Shown here: positions 19,115 to 29,766 of the stretch, in pieces
Layout: every line of letters starts with the position of its first letter
How positions within the stretch are numbered: position 1 is the stretch's first letter
DNA from: an uncultured Candidatus Binatia bacterium
GTDB taxonomy: Bacteria; Desulfobacterota; Binatia; UBA9968; JAJDTQ01
Direction of reading: 5' to 3'
Length of the DNA stretch: 64,000 nt
Assembly: GCA_965242525.1 (NCBI GenBank)
Contig: OZ251459.1
Location: 1,856,001-1,920,000, forward strand
Notes under the pieces: model-generated
Databases searched by the model: none
What the model saw: only the letters and a program-made list of their open reading frames with translations
Told to the model about the DNA's origin: nothing
Translations under genes and position numbers: made by a program

Positions 19115-20815
19115 CTACATTCGTTCCAGCGGCCGGATGCCGAGGATGACGAGGCCGCTCCGGAGCACCTGCTTCACCGCGGTGAGCAGCCGCAGCCGCG
19201 CCTGCGCCTTGCCCGTTTCCTCGCCCTTGACCCGCAGTACGGCGTAGCTTGCGTGCAGCGCCCGGGCCAGCTCCAGCAGGTAGTTGGCCAGCACCGAGGG
19301 TTCGTACAGGCGCCCCGTCTCCCGGACCGCGTCGGGGTAGCGGGCCACCAGGCCCACCAGCCGATGGGCCTCGGGCTCCACCAGCGGGGCCAGGTCGGCA
19401 TGGGGGTCCGGGACCAACCCGCAGTTGCGCAGGATGCCGGCGATGCGGGCATGGGCGCTCATGAGGTAGGGGCCGGTGTCGCCGTCGAAGGAGATGGCCA
19501 AGTCCCAATCGAAGCGGTAGTCCTTGATGCGCTGCTTGGACAGGTCGGCGAAGAATATGGCGGCGATGCCCACCGCCTCGGCCACGGTCTCCTCGTCCTC
19601 GACTTCCATCTTCTTCTCGATCCGCTCGCGCATGTACGCCAGGGCCCGGTGGCGGGCCTCGTCCAGCAACTCCTCCAGGTAGATGACGTTGCCCTTGCGG
19701 GTGGACATGCCCTGGACGAGACCGAAGTTCACGTGCACGCAGTCCTCGGACCACTCGTGCCCCAGCATCTTCAACACCGCGAAGAGCTGCCGGAAATGCA
19801 GCGCCTGGCCGCTGGCCACCACATAGACGATGCGGTCGCACCCGTAAGTCTCGCGCCGGTATTCGGCCGCGGCCAGGTCCCGGGTCAGGTACAGGGTGGC
19901 GCCGTCGGCCTTCTCCAGCAAGGCCGGCGTCTCGATGCCTTCCCCCGACAGGTCGATGACGAGGGCGCCGTCGGAGACCGCTGCCAGGCCCTTGTCCCGG
20001 GCCTCCCGGATGACCGCGGCCATCCTGTCGTTGAAGAACGACTCCCCCGTGTAGGAATCGAACCGGACGCCCAGCCGCTGGTAGATGCGCTTGAAGTAGT
20101 CGAGGCTGGTGTCACGGATGCGGCCCCAGAGCGCCAACGCCTCCCGGTCCCCGGCCTCCTGGCGGCGGAACCACTCCCGGGCTTCCTCCACCAACTCCGG
20201 GTCGCCGTCCGCGGCCTCGTGGAACCGCACGTACACGCGGTTGAGCTTCGCCAGGTCGTTCTCGTCGCCGGGCTGGCCGAACCGTTTGAGACCGGCGATC
20301 TGCCGGCCGAACTGGGTGCCCCAGTCCCCCACGTGGTTGATGCCCACCACCTCGTAGCCCAGGGCTTCGAACGTGCGCACCAGGGCGCCGCCGATGATCG
20401 TAGAGCGCAGGTGGCCCACGTGGAAGGGCTTGGCGATGTTCGGGGAGGAGTAGTCGATGACGATGGTCTCGCCGGCGCCGTCCTCGCAACGGCCGTAGTC
20501 CTCGCCCGCGGACGCGGCTTCGCCCAGCACCGCGCGGGCGAACCGGGAGCGGTCCACCCACAGGTTCACGTACCCGCCCAAGGCCTCGGCGCCGCACAGC
20601 AGGTCCAGGTCCGCGGAGGCCTTCTCGGCGATCTCCCGCGCGATGACCGGGGGCGCCTTGCGCAGCTTCTTGGCCAGCGTGAAGCAGGGGAAGGCGAATT
20701 CGCCCATGTCCGGCCTGGGGGGGACCTCCAGCAACCGGCCTACGGTCTCCGGGTCCAACTCCGCGTGCCGGGCGATGACCCGGACCGCCTCGCCGCGGAA
20801 ATCCTCCGACTTCAT
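19115..20815 (-). CDS. argS: arginine--tRNA ligase
   Basis: IDYSSPNIAKPFHVGHLRS, NHVGDWGTQFG, YLTRDLA, MSTRKG. Confidence 0.97.
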   Translation of the reverse strand: MKSEDFRGEAVRVIARHAELDPETVGRLLEVPPRPDMGEFAFPCFTLAKKLRKAPPVIAREIAEKASADLDLLCGAEALGGYVNLWVDRSRFARAVLGEAASAGEDYGRCEDGAGETIVIDYSSPNIAKPFHVGHLRSTIIGGALVRTFEALGYEVVGINHVGDWGTQFGRQIAGLKRFGQPGDENDLAKLNRVYVRFHEAADGDPELVEEAREWFRRQEAGDREALALWGRIRDTSLDYFKRIYQRLGVRFDSYTGESFFNDRMAAVIREARDKGLAAVSDGALVIDLSGEGIETPALLEKADGATLYLTRDLAAAEYRRETYGCDRIVYVVASGQALHFRQLFAVLKMLGHEWSEDCVHVNFGLVQGMSTRKGNVIYLEELLDEARHRALAYMRERIEKKMEVEDEETVAEAVGIAAIFFADLSKQRIKDYRFDWDLAISFDGDTGPYLMSAHARIAGILRNCGLVPDPHADLAPLVEPEAHRLVGLVARYPDAVRETGRLYEPSVLANYLLELARALHASYAVLRVKGEETGKAQARLRLLTAVKQVLRSGLVILGIRPLERM

Positions 20816-20928
20816 GGCGCCGCCGGCCCCGGGGGCTTGCCGTTTCCCATGGGCCGAGTCTAGCACAAAGCCGCGGGCATGAGCAGGGAGGCCCCGCGGA
20901 CGGGCCGGCGTTTCCGAAGGAGGCGGGG

Positions 20929-21984
20929 TCAGGACGCGGGCGGCGCAGGCCGGAACGCGGGGGCCACGCGCCGGCGGAAGCGCTCCATGGACGCGAGCAC
21001 TTCCCGTTGGCCCAGGCCGCCGAAATGGAAGCAGAGCCCCACGTGCGTGGGACCCACCACGTCCCGTATGAGCTCCAGGTGCCGGATGCAGGTCTCGGGT
21101 CCTCCGAACACCGCCCGGCTGTCCTGCACCATGGCGTCGTAGGACAGCCGTTCGTGGACCTTGTCCAGCATGGGCGCCCGTGCGGGGTCCATGCGGATTT
21201 CCTCCAACGCGAACCCGCGCCAGCGATGCCACGCGTCCTCCGCCTGGTCCCGGGCCTGCCGGTCGGTCTCGCCCACGTAGGCCGGGTACATGACGAACAC
21301 GTCGTGGTCCTCTTCCGAGTACCCCGCGTCCCTCAGGCTGTCGAGGTAGATCTCGATGCGCGGCCGCTGCTCGGCGTTCCCGGTGATCCACGGGAGGGTC
21401 ATCAGGTTGTAGCCGTAGCGTCCGATCATGCGGAAGTTGTCCGGCTCCTTGTTGGCCGGCACGTAGATGGGCGGGTGCGGCTGCTGGGCAGGCTTGGGCC
21501 GCACCGTCAACCCGCGGTAGCGGTAGTGCTCCCCCTCCCAGTCCAGGGTCTCCTGGGTCCAGGCCATGCGAATGACCCGGAGGGCCTCCTCCAGCCGCGC
21601 CTGCGCGGTGTCCCAGTCCCGCTCGAACACCTCGTACTCGGCGACGCTCATGCCGCGCCCGGCGCCGAAGTTCAGGCGTCCGCCGCAGAGCAGGTCCAGC
21701 ATGGCGAAATCCTCGGCGACCTGGATGGGATGGTGGATGGGCACCAGCGACACCGCGGAACCGAGCCGGAGCCGCCGGGTCCGCTGGGAGGCCGCGGACA
21801 GCAGCATCTGCGGGCTGGGCATCATGCCGCCGAACAGGCGGAAGTGGTGCTCGGTGACCCAGAGGCTGTCGAACCCCAGGTCCTCCGCGGCGTCGATCTG
21901 CTCCAGCCAGCGGGCGTAGAGGTCCCGGGAATCGCCGTCCAGCTCCGGCACGTAGGTATTGAGCAGGTAATATCCGAACTTCAT
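20929..21984 (-). CDS. LLM-class (luciferase-like) flavin-dependent oxidoreductase
   Basis: WVTEHHF, HPIQVAEDFAMLD, GAGRG, PKPAQQPHPP. Confidence 0.9.
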   Translation of the reverse strand: MKFGYYLLNTYVPELDGDSRDLYARWLEQIDAAEDLGFDSLWVTEHHFRLFGGMMPSPQMLLSAASQRTRRLRLGSAVSLVPIHHPIQVAEDFAMLDLLCGGRLNFGAGRGMSVAEYEVFERDWDTAQARLEEALRVIRMAWTQETLDWEGEHYRYRGLTVRPKPAQQPHPPIYVPANKEPDNFRMIGRYGYNLMTLPWITGNAEQRPRIEIYLDSLRDAGYSEEDHDVFVMYPAYVGETDRQARDQAEDAWHRWRGFALEEIRMDPARAPMLDKVHERLSYDAMVQDSRAVFGGPETCIRHLELIRDVVGPTHVGLCFHFGGLGQREVLASMERFRRRVAPAFRPAPPAS

Positions 21985-21994
21985 GATCCGAACT

Positions 21995-23305
21995 TCACGC
22001 CGCTCCTTCCCTTTCGGCGTCCTCCGAACCGGGTCCCGGCCGGTCGTGCCGGCGCTCATCCCGGTCCCGCGGCCCCTGGTCCTCCAGCTTCTTCCGCAAC
22101 GCGCCCAGCGCCGGTTCGATGGGCGCCAGTTCGTCCAGCGCCACCGCCACGCTGCCCACCTGCTTCAAGCCGTTGCCGGTGACGTTGCACACCACCGTGT
22201 CGCCGCCCTCGATGACGCCCTCCTGCCGGAGGCGCACCGCCGCGGCCAGGGAGGCGGCCGCGGACGGCTCGGCGAAGATGCCGGCGAGGCGGCCCAGCAG
22301 GCCCTGCGCCGCGAGGATCTCCTGGTCCGTCAACGCCACCCCGGCGCCGTTGCTGGCGCGCACCGCGCGCAGCGCCCGCAGCCCCAGGGCCCTTGGGTCC
22401 CCCACCTGGATGCTCTCGGCCACGGTGGGGCCGGCCGCCACCGGCTCCACCGTGGCGCTGCCGTTCTCCAACGCGGCCACGATGGGCGCCGCGGCCCGGC
22501 TCTGGGCCGCCACGAGCCGGGGGAACCGATGGGCCCAGCCGAGCCCGTGCAACTCCCGGTACCCCTTCCACATGGCCGCCAGGCCCGCGCCTCCCGCGGT
22601 GGGATGCACGATCCAGTGGGGCACGTGCTCGTCCATCTGGTCGAAGAGTTCGAAGGCGTAGGACTTCTTGCCTTCGTTGCGGTACGGGTTGCTGGACAGG
22701 CAGTCGTACCAGCCGAACTCCCGCACCGCTTCGCGGTAGAACGCGCCCATGTGGTCGAGGCTCGCCGCGGCCACGACCACCACGGTGGCGCCGCAGGCGT
22801 AGGCCTGGGTCACCTTGGCCCGGTCCGTGCCCGCGGGGACCATCACGACGCTGCGCAAGCCCGCGGCCGCGGCGTACGCGGCCACCGAAGCCGCGGCGTT
22901 GCCCGTGGACGGCACGGAGACGGTATCGAAGCCCAGCTCCACCGCCCGGGAGATCCCCACGGTGTTGCTGCGGTCCTTGAGGGACCCCGAAGGGAGCAGC
23001 GTGTCGTTCTTGACGTAGAGCCGCGGCATCCCCAGGCGCTCGCCCAACCGTCGGCAACGCACCAACGGGGTATAGCCTTCGCCCAGGGACACCACCGAGC
23101 CCCGGCGCTTCACCGGGAAGAAGTCGAACCAGCGCCAGAGGGTTTCGTCACGGCTGGCGCGCACGTCGCGCAGGTGGGAGCGGGTGAGGCCCGCCAGGTC
23201 CATGCGGACCTCCAGCACGCCGCCGCAGTCGCCGCACGCGAAGGTGCGGTCGGCCGCCGCCTCCCAGCCGCACTGGGGGCAACTCAACCCGGCGATCCTG
23301 CCCAT
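21995..23305 (-). CDS. thrC: threonine synthase-like PLP enzyme
   Basis: N-terminal CxxC...CxxC, SLGEGYTPL, PSGSLKDR, STGNAAAS, FAEPS, TGNGLK. Confidence 0.8.
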   Translation of the reverse strand: MGRIAGLSCPQCGWEAAADRTFACGDCGGVLEVRMDLAGLTRSHLRDVRASRDETLWRWFDFFPVKRRGSVVSLGEGYTPLVRCRRLGERLGMPRLYVKNDTLLPSGSLKDRSNTVGISRAVELGFDTVSVPSTGNAAASVAAYAAAAGLRSVVMVPAGTDRAKVTQAYACGATVVVVAAASLDHMGAFYREAVREFGWYDCLSSNPYRNEGKKSYAFELFDQMDEHVPHWIVHPTAGGAGLAAMWKGYRELHGLGWAHRFPRLVAAQSRAAAPIVAALENGSATVEPVAAGPTVAESIQVGDPRALGLRALRAVRASNGAGVALTDQEILAAQGLLGRLAGIFAEPSAAASLAAAVRLRQEGVIEGGDTVVCNVTGNGLKQVGSVAVALDELAPIEPALGALRKKLEDQGPRDRDERRHDRPGPGSEDAEREGAA

Positions 23306-23312
23306 GACTCCT

Positions 23313-26207
23313 TCAACCCGCGCCTTCCCGGACGCCTTCCCACAGGACTTCCACCGGATGGAGCGCCCGGCGGCCGGTGAGGTGCTCGATCTGCTGCCGG
23401 CAGGAGATGCCGGAAGCGACCACGCGCACGTCCTCCGCCGCGGCCTCCACCGCGGGCGCCAGGCGGCGGGAGGCGATGGCCACGGACACGTCGTAGTGCT
23501 CCTTCTCGAAGCCGAAGGAACCGGCCATGCCGCAGCAGCCGGAATCCACCTCCCGGACTTCGTGGCCGGCGTCGCGCAGGACCGAGACCGTGGGCGCCAT
23601 ACCCACCAGCGCCTTCTGGTGGCAGTGGCCGTGGAGCAGCACCGGCGGCCTCGGACCGGAGCCGTCCCGCAGCGAGGCCGCCACGTCCTCCTGCATCAGC
23701 AGTTCCTCCATGAGCAGGGTCCGGCCCGCCAGCAGGCGCGCCGGCTCGCTGCGCAGGAGGTCGGGGTACTCGTCCCGCAGGGTGAGGATGCAGGACGGCT
23801 CCAGTCCCACCACCGGAACCCCCTGCTCCACGTGGGGCAGCAGCCTGGCCACGTTCCAGGCGGCGTAGTCCCTGGCCTCGTCCAGCATCCCCTTGGAGAT
23901 GGCCGGCCGGCCGCAACACCGCCGGGGCACGGTCATCACGCGGTAGCCCAGGTGCTCCAGCAGGCGCGTGGCCGCCACCGCCACCTCGGGCGTGTTGTAG
24001 GTGTTGAAGGTGTCGTGGAACAGGATCACCGAGCCGCGGGCGCCGCTGCCCGCGGGTTCGTGCTTCTTCCACCATCCCTCGAAGTTGCTCCGCGCAAAGC
24101 TCGGCAGCGGGCGCCTCCGGTCGATGCCGAGGAAACGGTCCAGGAGCCAGCGGTGGACGAAGTTCCCGTTCACCCGGTTGACGATGGGCGCCAGCCGGGA
24201 GCCCCAGCGGCTCAGGGCGCCGATGCGCCCGAAGAGGCGGCCCCGGAGCGGGACCCCGTGCACCCGCTGGTAGTGGTGGAGGAACTCGTACTTGAGCTTG
24301 GCCATGTCCACGTTGGAGGGGCATTCCGCCTTGCAGCCCTTGCACTCCAGGCAGAGGTCCAGCACCTGGTGCAGGCGCTCGCCGGTGAACTCCGAACGCG
24401 GGACCTTGCCGGACAGCACCGCGCGAAGGGCGGTGGCGCGGCCCCGGGTCGAGTGCTCCTCTTCCAGCGTGGCCATGTAGGACGGGCACATGGTGCCGCC
24501 CAGGGTCTTCCGGCACGCGCCGGTGCCGTTGCACATCTCCACCGCGGCCACGAAGCCCCCCTGGTCGCCGAAGTCCAGCACGGTGTCGGGTTGCCAGGTC
24601 TTGTAGGAGGGGCCGAAGCGCAGCGACTCGGTCATGGGCGGCGCGTCCACGATCTTGCCGGGGTTCAGCAGGCGCTGGGGGTCGAACAGGTGCTTGACCT
24701 TGCGGAACTCCTGGTACAGCTCGGGGCCGAAGAGCTTCTCGTTCAGGTGGCTCCGGGCCAGGCCGTCGCCGTGCTCGCCGGACATGGCGCCGCCGAACTC
24801 CATCACCAGGTCGGAGATCTGCCGGGAGATCTCGGTCATCTTGCGGACCTCGCCGGCCTCCTTCAGGTTGATGAACGGGCGGATGTGCATGCAGCCCACG
24901 GAGCAGTGGCCGTAGTACCCGGCGCGCACCCCGTGGCCCGCGAGGACCTCGCGGAACCGCTTGATGAACTCCGGCAGCTTCACCGGGTCCACCGCGGTGT
25001 CCTCCACGAACGCGATGGGCTTCTTCTCTCCCTTGACGCCCAGCAACAGCCCCAGGCCCGCCTTGCGCACCCCCCAGATCTGCTGGACCTCCCGCGGCTC
25101 GTACGCGAGGGAGGCGGCATAGCCCATGTTCTCGCGCTTGCGCAGGACTTCCAGCTTGTCGATCTTGTCCCGGACCTCCTCGGCCGTGTCGCCGTCGTAC
25201 TCCACCATGAGGATGGCGTCCGGGTCCCCCTGGACGAAGCCCAGGCGCTTGGACTGTTCGATGTTGCCCCGGGCCAGGTCCAGTATGGGCTTGTCGGTCA
25301 ACTCCATGGCGTAGGGGCTGGTGGCGAGTATGGCTTCCGACACGGCCAGGGCGTCCTGGAGGTCGTGGAAGTGGAGCACGTCCAGGGCCGTGTGGGGAGG
25401 TTTGGGCACCAGGCGCATACGCGCCTCCACCACGCACGCGAGGGTGCCCTCGGACCCCACCACCAGCCGCGAGAGGTTGAACGGCTGGTCCTTGGCGAAC
25501 TCGTCCAGGTTGTAGCCCGAGACCCGCCTCATGAGCTTGGGATAGCGCTCGGCGATGATCCCCCGGGCCGACTCCACCAGCCGCGGAAGCTGTTGGTAGA
25601 TCCGGCTCTCCAGCCCCCTCCCCGCCTGCTTGAAGGCGAGCGCGTCGTCCGAGAGGTCGGTGAGCACGGCCTCGCTCCCGTCCGCCAGGAGCACCGTCAG
25701 CTCCAGCACGTGGTCCAGGGTCTTGCCATAGACCACCGAGTGGGCCCCCGCGGAGTTGTTGCCGATCATGCCTCCCAGGGTGGCCCGGTTGGAGGTGGAG
25801 GTGTCGGGACCGAAGAGCATCCCCAGGGGCGCCGCGTGGGCGTTCAGGGCGTCCTGCACCAGTCCCGGCTGCACCCGGCACCACAGTTCCTCCCGGTTCA
25901 CCTCCAGCACCCGGTTCATGTACTTGGAGAAGTCCATGACGATGGCGTGGCCCACCGTCTGGCCCGCCAGCGACGTGCCCCCGCCCCGGGCCAGCACCGG
26001 AACCCGGTGTCGGTTGGCCACCTCCATCACCGCCTGGACGTCGCCCTTGTGGCGGGGAACGACCACGCCTATCGGGTCCGCCTGGTAGATGGAGGCGTCC
26101 GTGGAGTAGAGCAGTCGGGAGTAGGCGTCGAACCGGACCTCGCCCTCCACCCGCTTGCGGAGCTCGGCCTCGGTGTCCCGGTAGTCCTGTGAACCGTCAC
26201 GCGCCAT
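23313..26207 (-). CDS. FAD-binding Fe-S oxidoreductase (GlcD/GlpC fusion, YdiJ-like)
   Basis: RGGGTSLAGQ, GEHGDG, CNGTGAC, CLECKGCKAECP, two CCG domains. Confidence 0.9.
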   Translation of the reverse strand: MARDGSQDYRDTEAELRKRVEGEVRFDAYSRLLYSTDASIYQADPIGVVVPRHKGDVQAVMEVANRHRVPVLARGGGTSLAGQTVGHAIVMDFSKYMNRVLEVNREELWCRVQPGLVQDALNAHAAPLGMLFGPDTSTSNRATLGGMIGNNSAGAHSVVYGKTLDHVLELTVLLADGSEAVLTDLSDDALAFKQAGRGLESRIYQQLPRLVESARGIIAERYPKLMRRVSGYNLDEFAKDQPFNLSRLVVGSEGTLACVVEARMRLVPKPPHTALDVLHFHDLQDALAVSEAILATSPYAMELTDKPILDLARGNIEQSKRLGFVQGDPDAILMVEYDGDTAEEVRDKIDKLEVLRKRENMGYAASLAYEPREVQQIWGVRKAGLGLLLGVKGEKKPIAFVEDTAVDPVKLPEFIKRFREVLAGHGVRAGYYGHCSVGCMHIRPFINLKEAGEVRKMTEISRQISDLVMEFGGAMSGEHGDGLARSHLNEKLFGPELYQEFRKVKHLFDPQRLLNPGKIVDAPPMTESLRFGPSYKTWQPDTVLDFGDQGGFVAAVEMCNGTGACRKTLGGTMCPSYMATLEEEHSTRGRATALRAVLSGKVPRSEFTGERLHQVLDLCLECKGCKAECPSNVDMAKLKYEFLHHYQRVHGVPLRGRLFGRIGALSRWGSRLAPIVNRVNGNFVHRWLLDRFLGIDRRRPLPSFARSNFEGWWKKHEPAGSGARGSVILFHDTFNTYNTPEVAVAATRLLEHLGYRVMTVPRRCCGRPAISKGMLDEARDYAAWNVARLLPHVEQGVPVVGLEPSCILTLRDEYPDLLRSEPARLLAGRTLLMEELLMQEDVAASLRDGSGPRPPVLLHGHCHQKALVGMAPTVSVLRDAGHEVREVDSGCCGMAGSFGFEKEHYDVSVAIASRRLAPAVEAAAEDVRVVASGISCRQQIEHLTGRRALHPVEVLWEGVREGAG

Positions 26208-26234
26208 GGGCAGTTCTCCTCGGGGTTCCCTATA

Positions 26235-26939
26235 TCACGAATCGGACGGCGATGCTCGGAGGATCGCCCGGGCCTGGCGGAAGACCTGGTGGAACATGGG
26301 CCTCGTCAACCTGCCCGTGAAGGTGTTCTGCTGGCTGGGATGGTAAGACCCCAACAGGGTCAGTCCGTTGCGGAGCTCGCAGCGGCTGCCGTGCCCGAAA
26401 CGGGGGCGGGGCCTGGGGAGCGCCTCGCCGCGGTCGGACGCGGCCTTGAGGTAGGAGTCGAAGGCGATCTTCCCCAGGGCCAGCACCACCCGCAGCCCCG
26501 GCATCAGTCCGAGCTCCCGGACGAGGTAGCCCCGGCACTCGTGGAACTCGTCCGGGGAGGGCTTGTTGGCGGGGGGCGCGCAGCGGACCGCGGCCGAGAT
26601 GTAGCAGTCCGTGAGCGCCAAGCCGTCGTCGCGGTCCACCGACACAGGCTGGTTGGCGAACCCGGCCCGGAACAGGGCTTCGTACAGCCAGTCGCCGCTT
26701 CGGTCTCCGGTGAACATGCGACCGGTGCGGTTGCCGCCGTGGGCCGCGGGCGCAAGGCCCACCACCAGGAGCCGGGCCGCGTGGTCGCCGAAGCCCGGCA
26801 GCGGCTTGCCCCAGTAGGCGCATTCGCGGTAGCGCCGGGGCGGGTTGGCCGCGGCCTCGGCGCGCCAAGCGACCAGACGGGGGCACTTGCCGCACCGGAC
26901 CACCTCGCGGTTGACCCGTGTCAGGGAGTCCCTGTCCAT
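26235..26939 (-). CDS. uracil-DNA glycosylase family 5 (UdgB-like)
   Basis: CxxCPRL, GLAPAAHGGNRTGRMFTGD, RCAPP, YHPSQQNT. Confidence 0.92.
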   Translation of the reverse strand: MDRDSLTRVNREVVRCGKCPRLVAWRAEAAANPPRRYRECAYWGKPLPGFGDHAARLLVVGLAPAAHGGNRTGRMFTGDRSGDWLYEALFRAGFANQPVSVDRDDGLALTDCYISAAVRCAPPANKPSPDEFHECRGYLVRELGLMPGLRVVLALGKIAFDSYLKAASDRGEALPRPRPRFGHGSRCELRNGLTLLGSYHPSQQNTFTGRLTRPMFHQVFRQARAILRASPSDS

Positions 26940-27033
26940 GGGCGGAAGGGCATAGCGTATCGGGCGCGGGCGCGCCACCCGCGGACCCTCCCCGCCCACC
27001 GGCGCGGGCCGCGGCGCGCCGCCGGAACCGACC

Positions 27034-27063
27034 TTGACGCCGCGGACGGGGTTTTGCTATACC
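27034..27063 (+). promoter_or_regulatory. putative sigma70 promoter of the double complex II cluster
   Basis: TTGACG-N18-TATACC with TG extension. Confidence 0.5.
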
Positions 27064-27126
27064 CGCTCGAAATGCAGAGGGTCCGCGTGCAGCGCGTCAG
27101 CGACGTCAACCAGGAAGGGATGCCCA

Positions 27127-28740
27127 GTGCCGGAATGTGATGTTCTCGTGGTAGGCGGCGGCGCCTCCGGTTTGCGGGCGGCCATTGCCGCCAAGCGGGC
27201 CGGAGCGTCGGTGGCGTTGTTGAGCAAGGTCTATCCGTTGCGCACGAACTCCGCCCTTTCGCCGGGCGGGCTCAACGCGCCGCTGGGCCGGGACGACTCC
27301 CCCGACAAGTTCGCCGAGGACATCCTCGCCGCGGGCGACGGGCTCTGCGACGCCGGGACCGTGGAAGTGCTGGCCGCGGAGGCGGCTCGGGAAGTGGTCT
27401 GGCTGGAGCGCGTGGGGGTGCCGTTCAACCGCGACGGGGAAGGCCGCATCGACCGCCGCCCGCTGGGGTCCAGCAGCGTCCGGCGGGCCTGTTACGCGGA
27501 CGACCGCACCGGGCACATGGTCCTGCACGTGCTCCACGAACAGTTCCTCCGGGAGGGCATCCCCTGCTTCCACGAATGGTTCGTCACCTCCCTGGTGACG
27601 GATGGCGGAGAGTGCTCCGGCGCGGTGGCGCTGGGGCTCCGAAGCGGCCAACTGGAGACCTTCACCGCGGGGGCCGTGGTCCTCGCCACCGGGGGGTTCA
27701 CCCGGCTGTACCGTCCGTGCACCGCCGCGGTGGGCTCCACCGGGGACGGCCTGGTCCTGGGCCATGAGTCGGGCCTGGGCCTGGTGGACCTGGAGATGGT
27801 GCAGTTCCACCCCACCGTTTACAGCGCCGCGCAGACCGTGCTCATCAGCGAGGCCGCCCTGAACGAAGGCGCGCGGCTGGTGGACGCGTCGGGCGAGCCG
27901 CTGGTGGACGCCAAGGCCCTGTCCCGGGCGCAGCTCGCGGTGGAGGTCCACAAGGCGGGCCGCAACGGGGGCGGCCCCGCGGCCCTGGACCTGCGGCCGG
28001 TACCGGACCTGGCCTCCCGCTTCCCCCAGGCCGCGGAACTGGTCAAGGTCATGGCCGGCATCGACGTGGCCAAGGATCCGGTCCCGGTGCAGCCGGTGGC
28101 CCACCGGCCCATGGGGGGCGTCGAGACCAACGCTTCCGGGGAGACCGCGGTGGCTGGGCTGTTCGCGGTGGGCGAATGCGCCCACAACGGACTCAACGGC
28201 GCCGGACGGCTGCCGGGGAACACCCTGGCCGAGTCCGTGGTGTTCGGCAAGCGGGTGGGGGAAGCGGCCGCGGCCCATGCCAAGTCGGCCGGCAGGAAAG
28301 CCGCGGACCCGTCCCGGGCCGCGGACGACGACCGAAAGCTGGCCGAGATCACATCGGGAGGGTCGTCCGACGACACCATCGGCGGCATCCACCGGGAGCT
28401 CGGGGAGCTGATGGCGGCCAACCTGGGGGTGACGCGCACGGACGCCGGCATCGCCGAGGCCCAGACGAAGATCGACGCGCTGCAACGGCGCCATGCGGCC
28501 CTCCGGGTCAACAACAAGTCCCGGATCTACAACTACGCCCTGACGAGCTACCTGGAGTTGGGGAACCTGTTGCGGCTGGCGGAGGCTCTGGCGCTGGCCG
28601 CGCGCGGGCGCACGGAGAGCCGCGGCGCCCACGTGCGGAGCGACTTTCCGCAACGGGACGACTCGAACTGGAAGGTCCACACCGTGGTGCGCCGGCAGGA
28701 CGGCGCGCCGAAGCTGGATACCCGGGCGGTATCCGCATAG
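27127..28740 (+). CDS. SdhA/FrdA-like flavoprotein with deviant active site
   Basis: VVGGGASG, DRTGH, LATGG, QFHPT, ESRGAH; RTNSALSPGG lacks the FAD-linking His. Confidence 0.85.
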   Translation: MPECDVLVVGGGASGLRAAIAAKRAGASVALLSKVYPLRTNSALSPGGLNAPLGRDDSPDKFAEDILAAGDGLCDAGTVEVLAAEAAREVVWLERVGVPFNRDGEGRIDRRPLGSSSVRRACYADDRTGHMVLHVLHEQFLREGIPCFHEWFVTSLVTDGGECSGAVALGLRSGQLETFTAGAVVLATGGFTRLYRPCTAAVGSTGDGLVLGHESGLGLVDLEMVQFHPTVYSAAQTVLISEAALNEGARLVDASGEPLVDAKALSRAQLAVEVHKAGRNGGGPAALDLRPVPDLASRFPQAAELVKVMAGIDVAKDPVPVQPVAHRPMGGVETNASGETAVAGLFAVGECAHNGLNGAGRLPGNTLAESVVFGKRVGEAAAAHAKSAGRKAADPSRAADDDRKLAEITSGGSSDDTIGGIHRELGELMAANLGVTRTDAGIAEAQTKIDALQRRHAALRVNNKSRIYNYALTSYLELGNLLRLAEALALAARGRTESRGAHVRSDFPQRDDSNWKVHTVVRRQDGAPKLDTRAVSA

Positions 28741-28809
28741 GACGGACGCCGCGGCCCGCCCTTCCGGACCGGGACGGGAACGGGACGCTGCGCCGGCGAA
28801 GGAGCGACC

Positions 28810-29766
28810 ATGGAAGTCACCTACAAGGTCCACCGCAAGGACCCGGAGAACGGCGGCGAGTCCGGTTACTCGACCTACAAGGTGGACCTGCCCGAAGACG
28901 CCACGGTGCTGGACGGACTCCAGAAGATCCGGGACGAGCAGGACGACACCCTGGCCTTCCGGGCCTCGTGCTGCCAGGGGTTCTGCGGCGAGTGCAGCGT
29001 GCGCATCAACTACAGCGCCAAGCTCACCTGCACCACCAAGATCTCCGCGGTGACGAAGAAGGGTCCGGAGATCCTCTGCGACCCCGTCCGCAACATCCCG
29101 GTGGTCAAGGACCTGGTGTTCGACATGGACGCATTCCTGTGGAACAAGATCGCGGCCATGAAGCCCTGGATGGAGCCGGAGGAAGAGTTCGCCCCCACCG
29201 AGAACGTGGTTCCCGAGTCGGAGATGGCGGAAGTGAGGCGCACCATGAGCTGCTACCAGTGCGGCCTGTGCGACGAGGGCTGCGCGGTCCTGCCGGTGGA
29301 CTTCGACTTCCTGGGGCCCGCGGCCCTGGTCAAGGGCTACCGCTTCGTCATGGACCCGCGGGAGTCGGGCGCGAGGCAGGAAGCGCGCATGAAGGTGGTG
29401 GAGCAGCCCAAGGGGCTGTGGGACTGCACCCATTGCTACGAGGCCAACGGCAAGTGCCCGCGGGGCTTGGCGCCCTCCAACAAGATCATGGAGGTGCGGG
29501 ACGTGGCCTTCAAGTCGGGGATCACCCACGAGAAGGTGGCGCGCCACCACGCGAGCTTCATCAACTCGGTGAAGAAGACCGGCTGGCTCGACGAACGCAA
29601 GCTGGCCATGGAGACCGAGGGCATGACCAACGTGGCCGGACTCATGAAGCTCCTGCCCACCGCGGTCCGGGCGTTGCGGCGCGGGAAGATGCCCGGCCGC
29701 CACGAGAAACGCCCGGGCGCGGAACAGGTCCGGCGCATCATCGAGAAAGCGGAGGAGTCCAAGTGA
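28810..29766 (+). CDS. SdhB/FrdB-like iron-sulfur subunit with C-terminal extension
   Basis: CCQGFCGEC, CYQCGLCDEGC, CTHCYEANGKCP; AAGGAG RBS. Confidence 0.88.
   Translation: MEVTYKVHRKDPENGGESGYSTYKVDLPEDATVLDGLQKIRDEQDDTLAFRASCCQGFCGECSVRINYSAKLTCTTKISAVTKKGPEILCDPVRNIPVVKDLVFDMDAFLWNKIAAMKPWMEPEEEFAPTENVVPESEMAEVRRTMSCYQCGLCDEGCAVLPVDFDFLGPAALVKGYRFVMDPRESGARQEARMKVVEQPKGLWDCTHCYEANGKCPRGLAPSNKIMEVRDVAFKSGITHEKVARHHASFINSVKKTGWLDERKLAMETEGMTNVAGLMKLLPTAVRALRRGKMPGRHEKRPGAEQVRRIIEKAEESK

Noticed and set aside
23184-26192. Very long alternative-frame ORFs (1002 aa here; similar at 3101-5908, 27106-29703, 44406-46955)
   Set aside because: Shadow frames of high-GC genes; Arg/Gly/Pro-rich or antisense codon patterns with no domain motifs.
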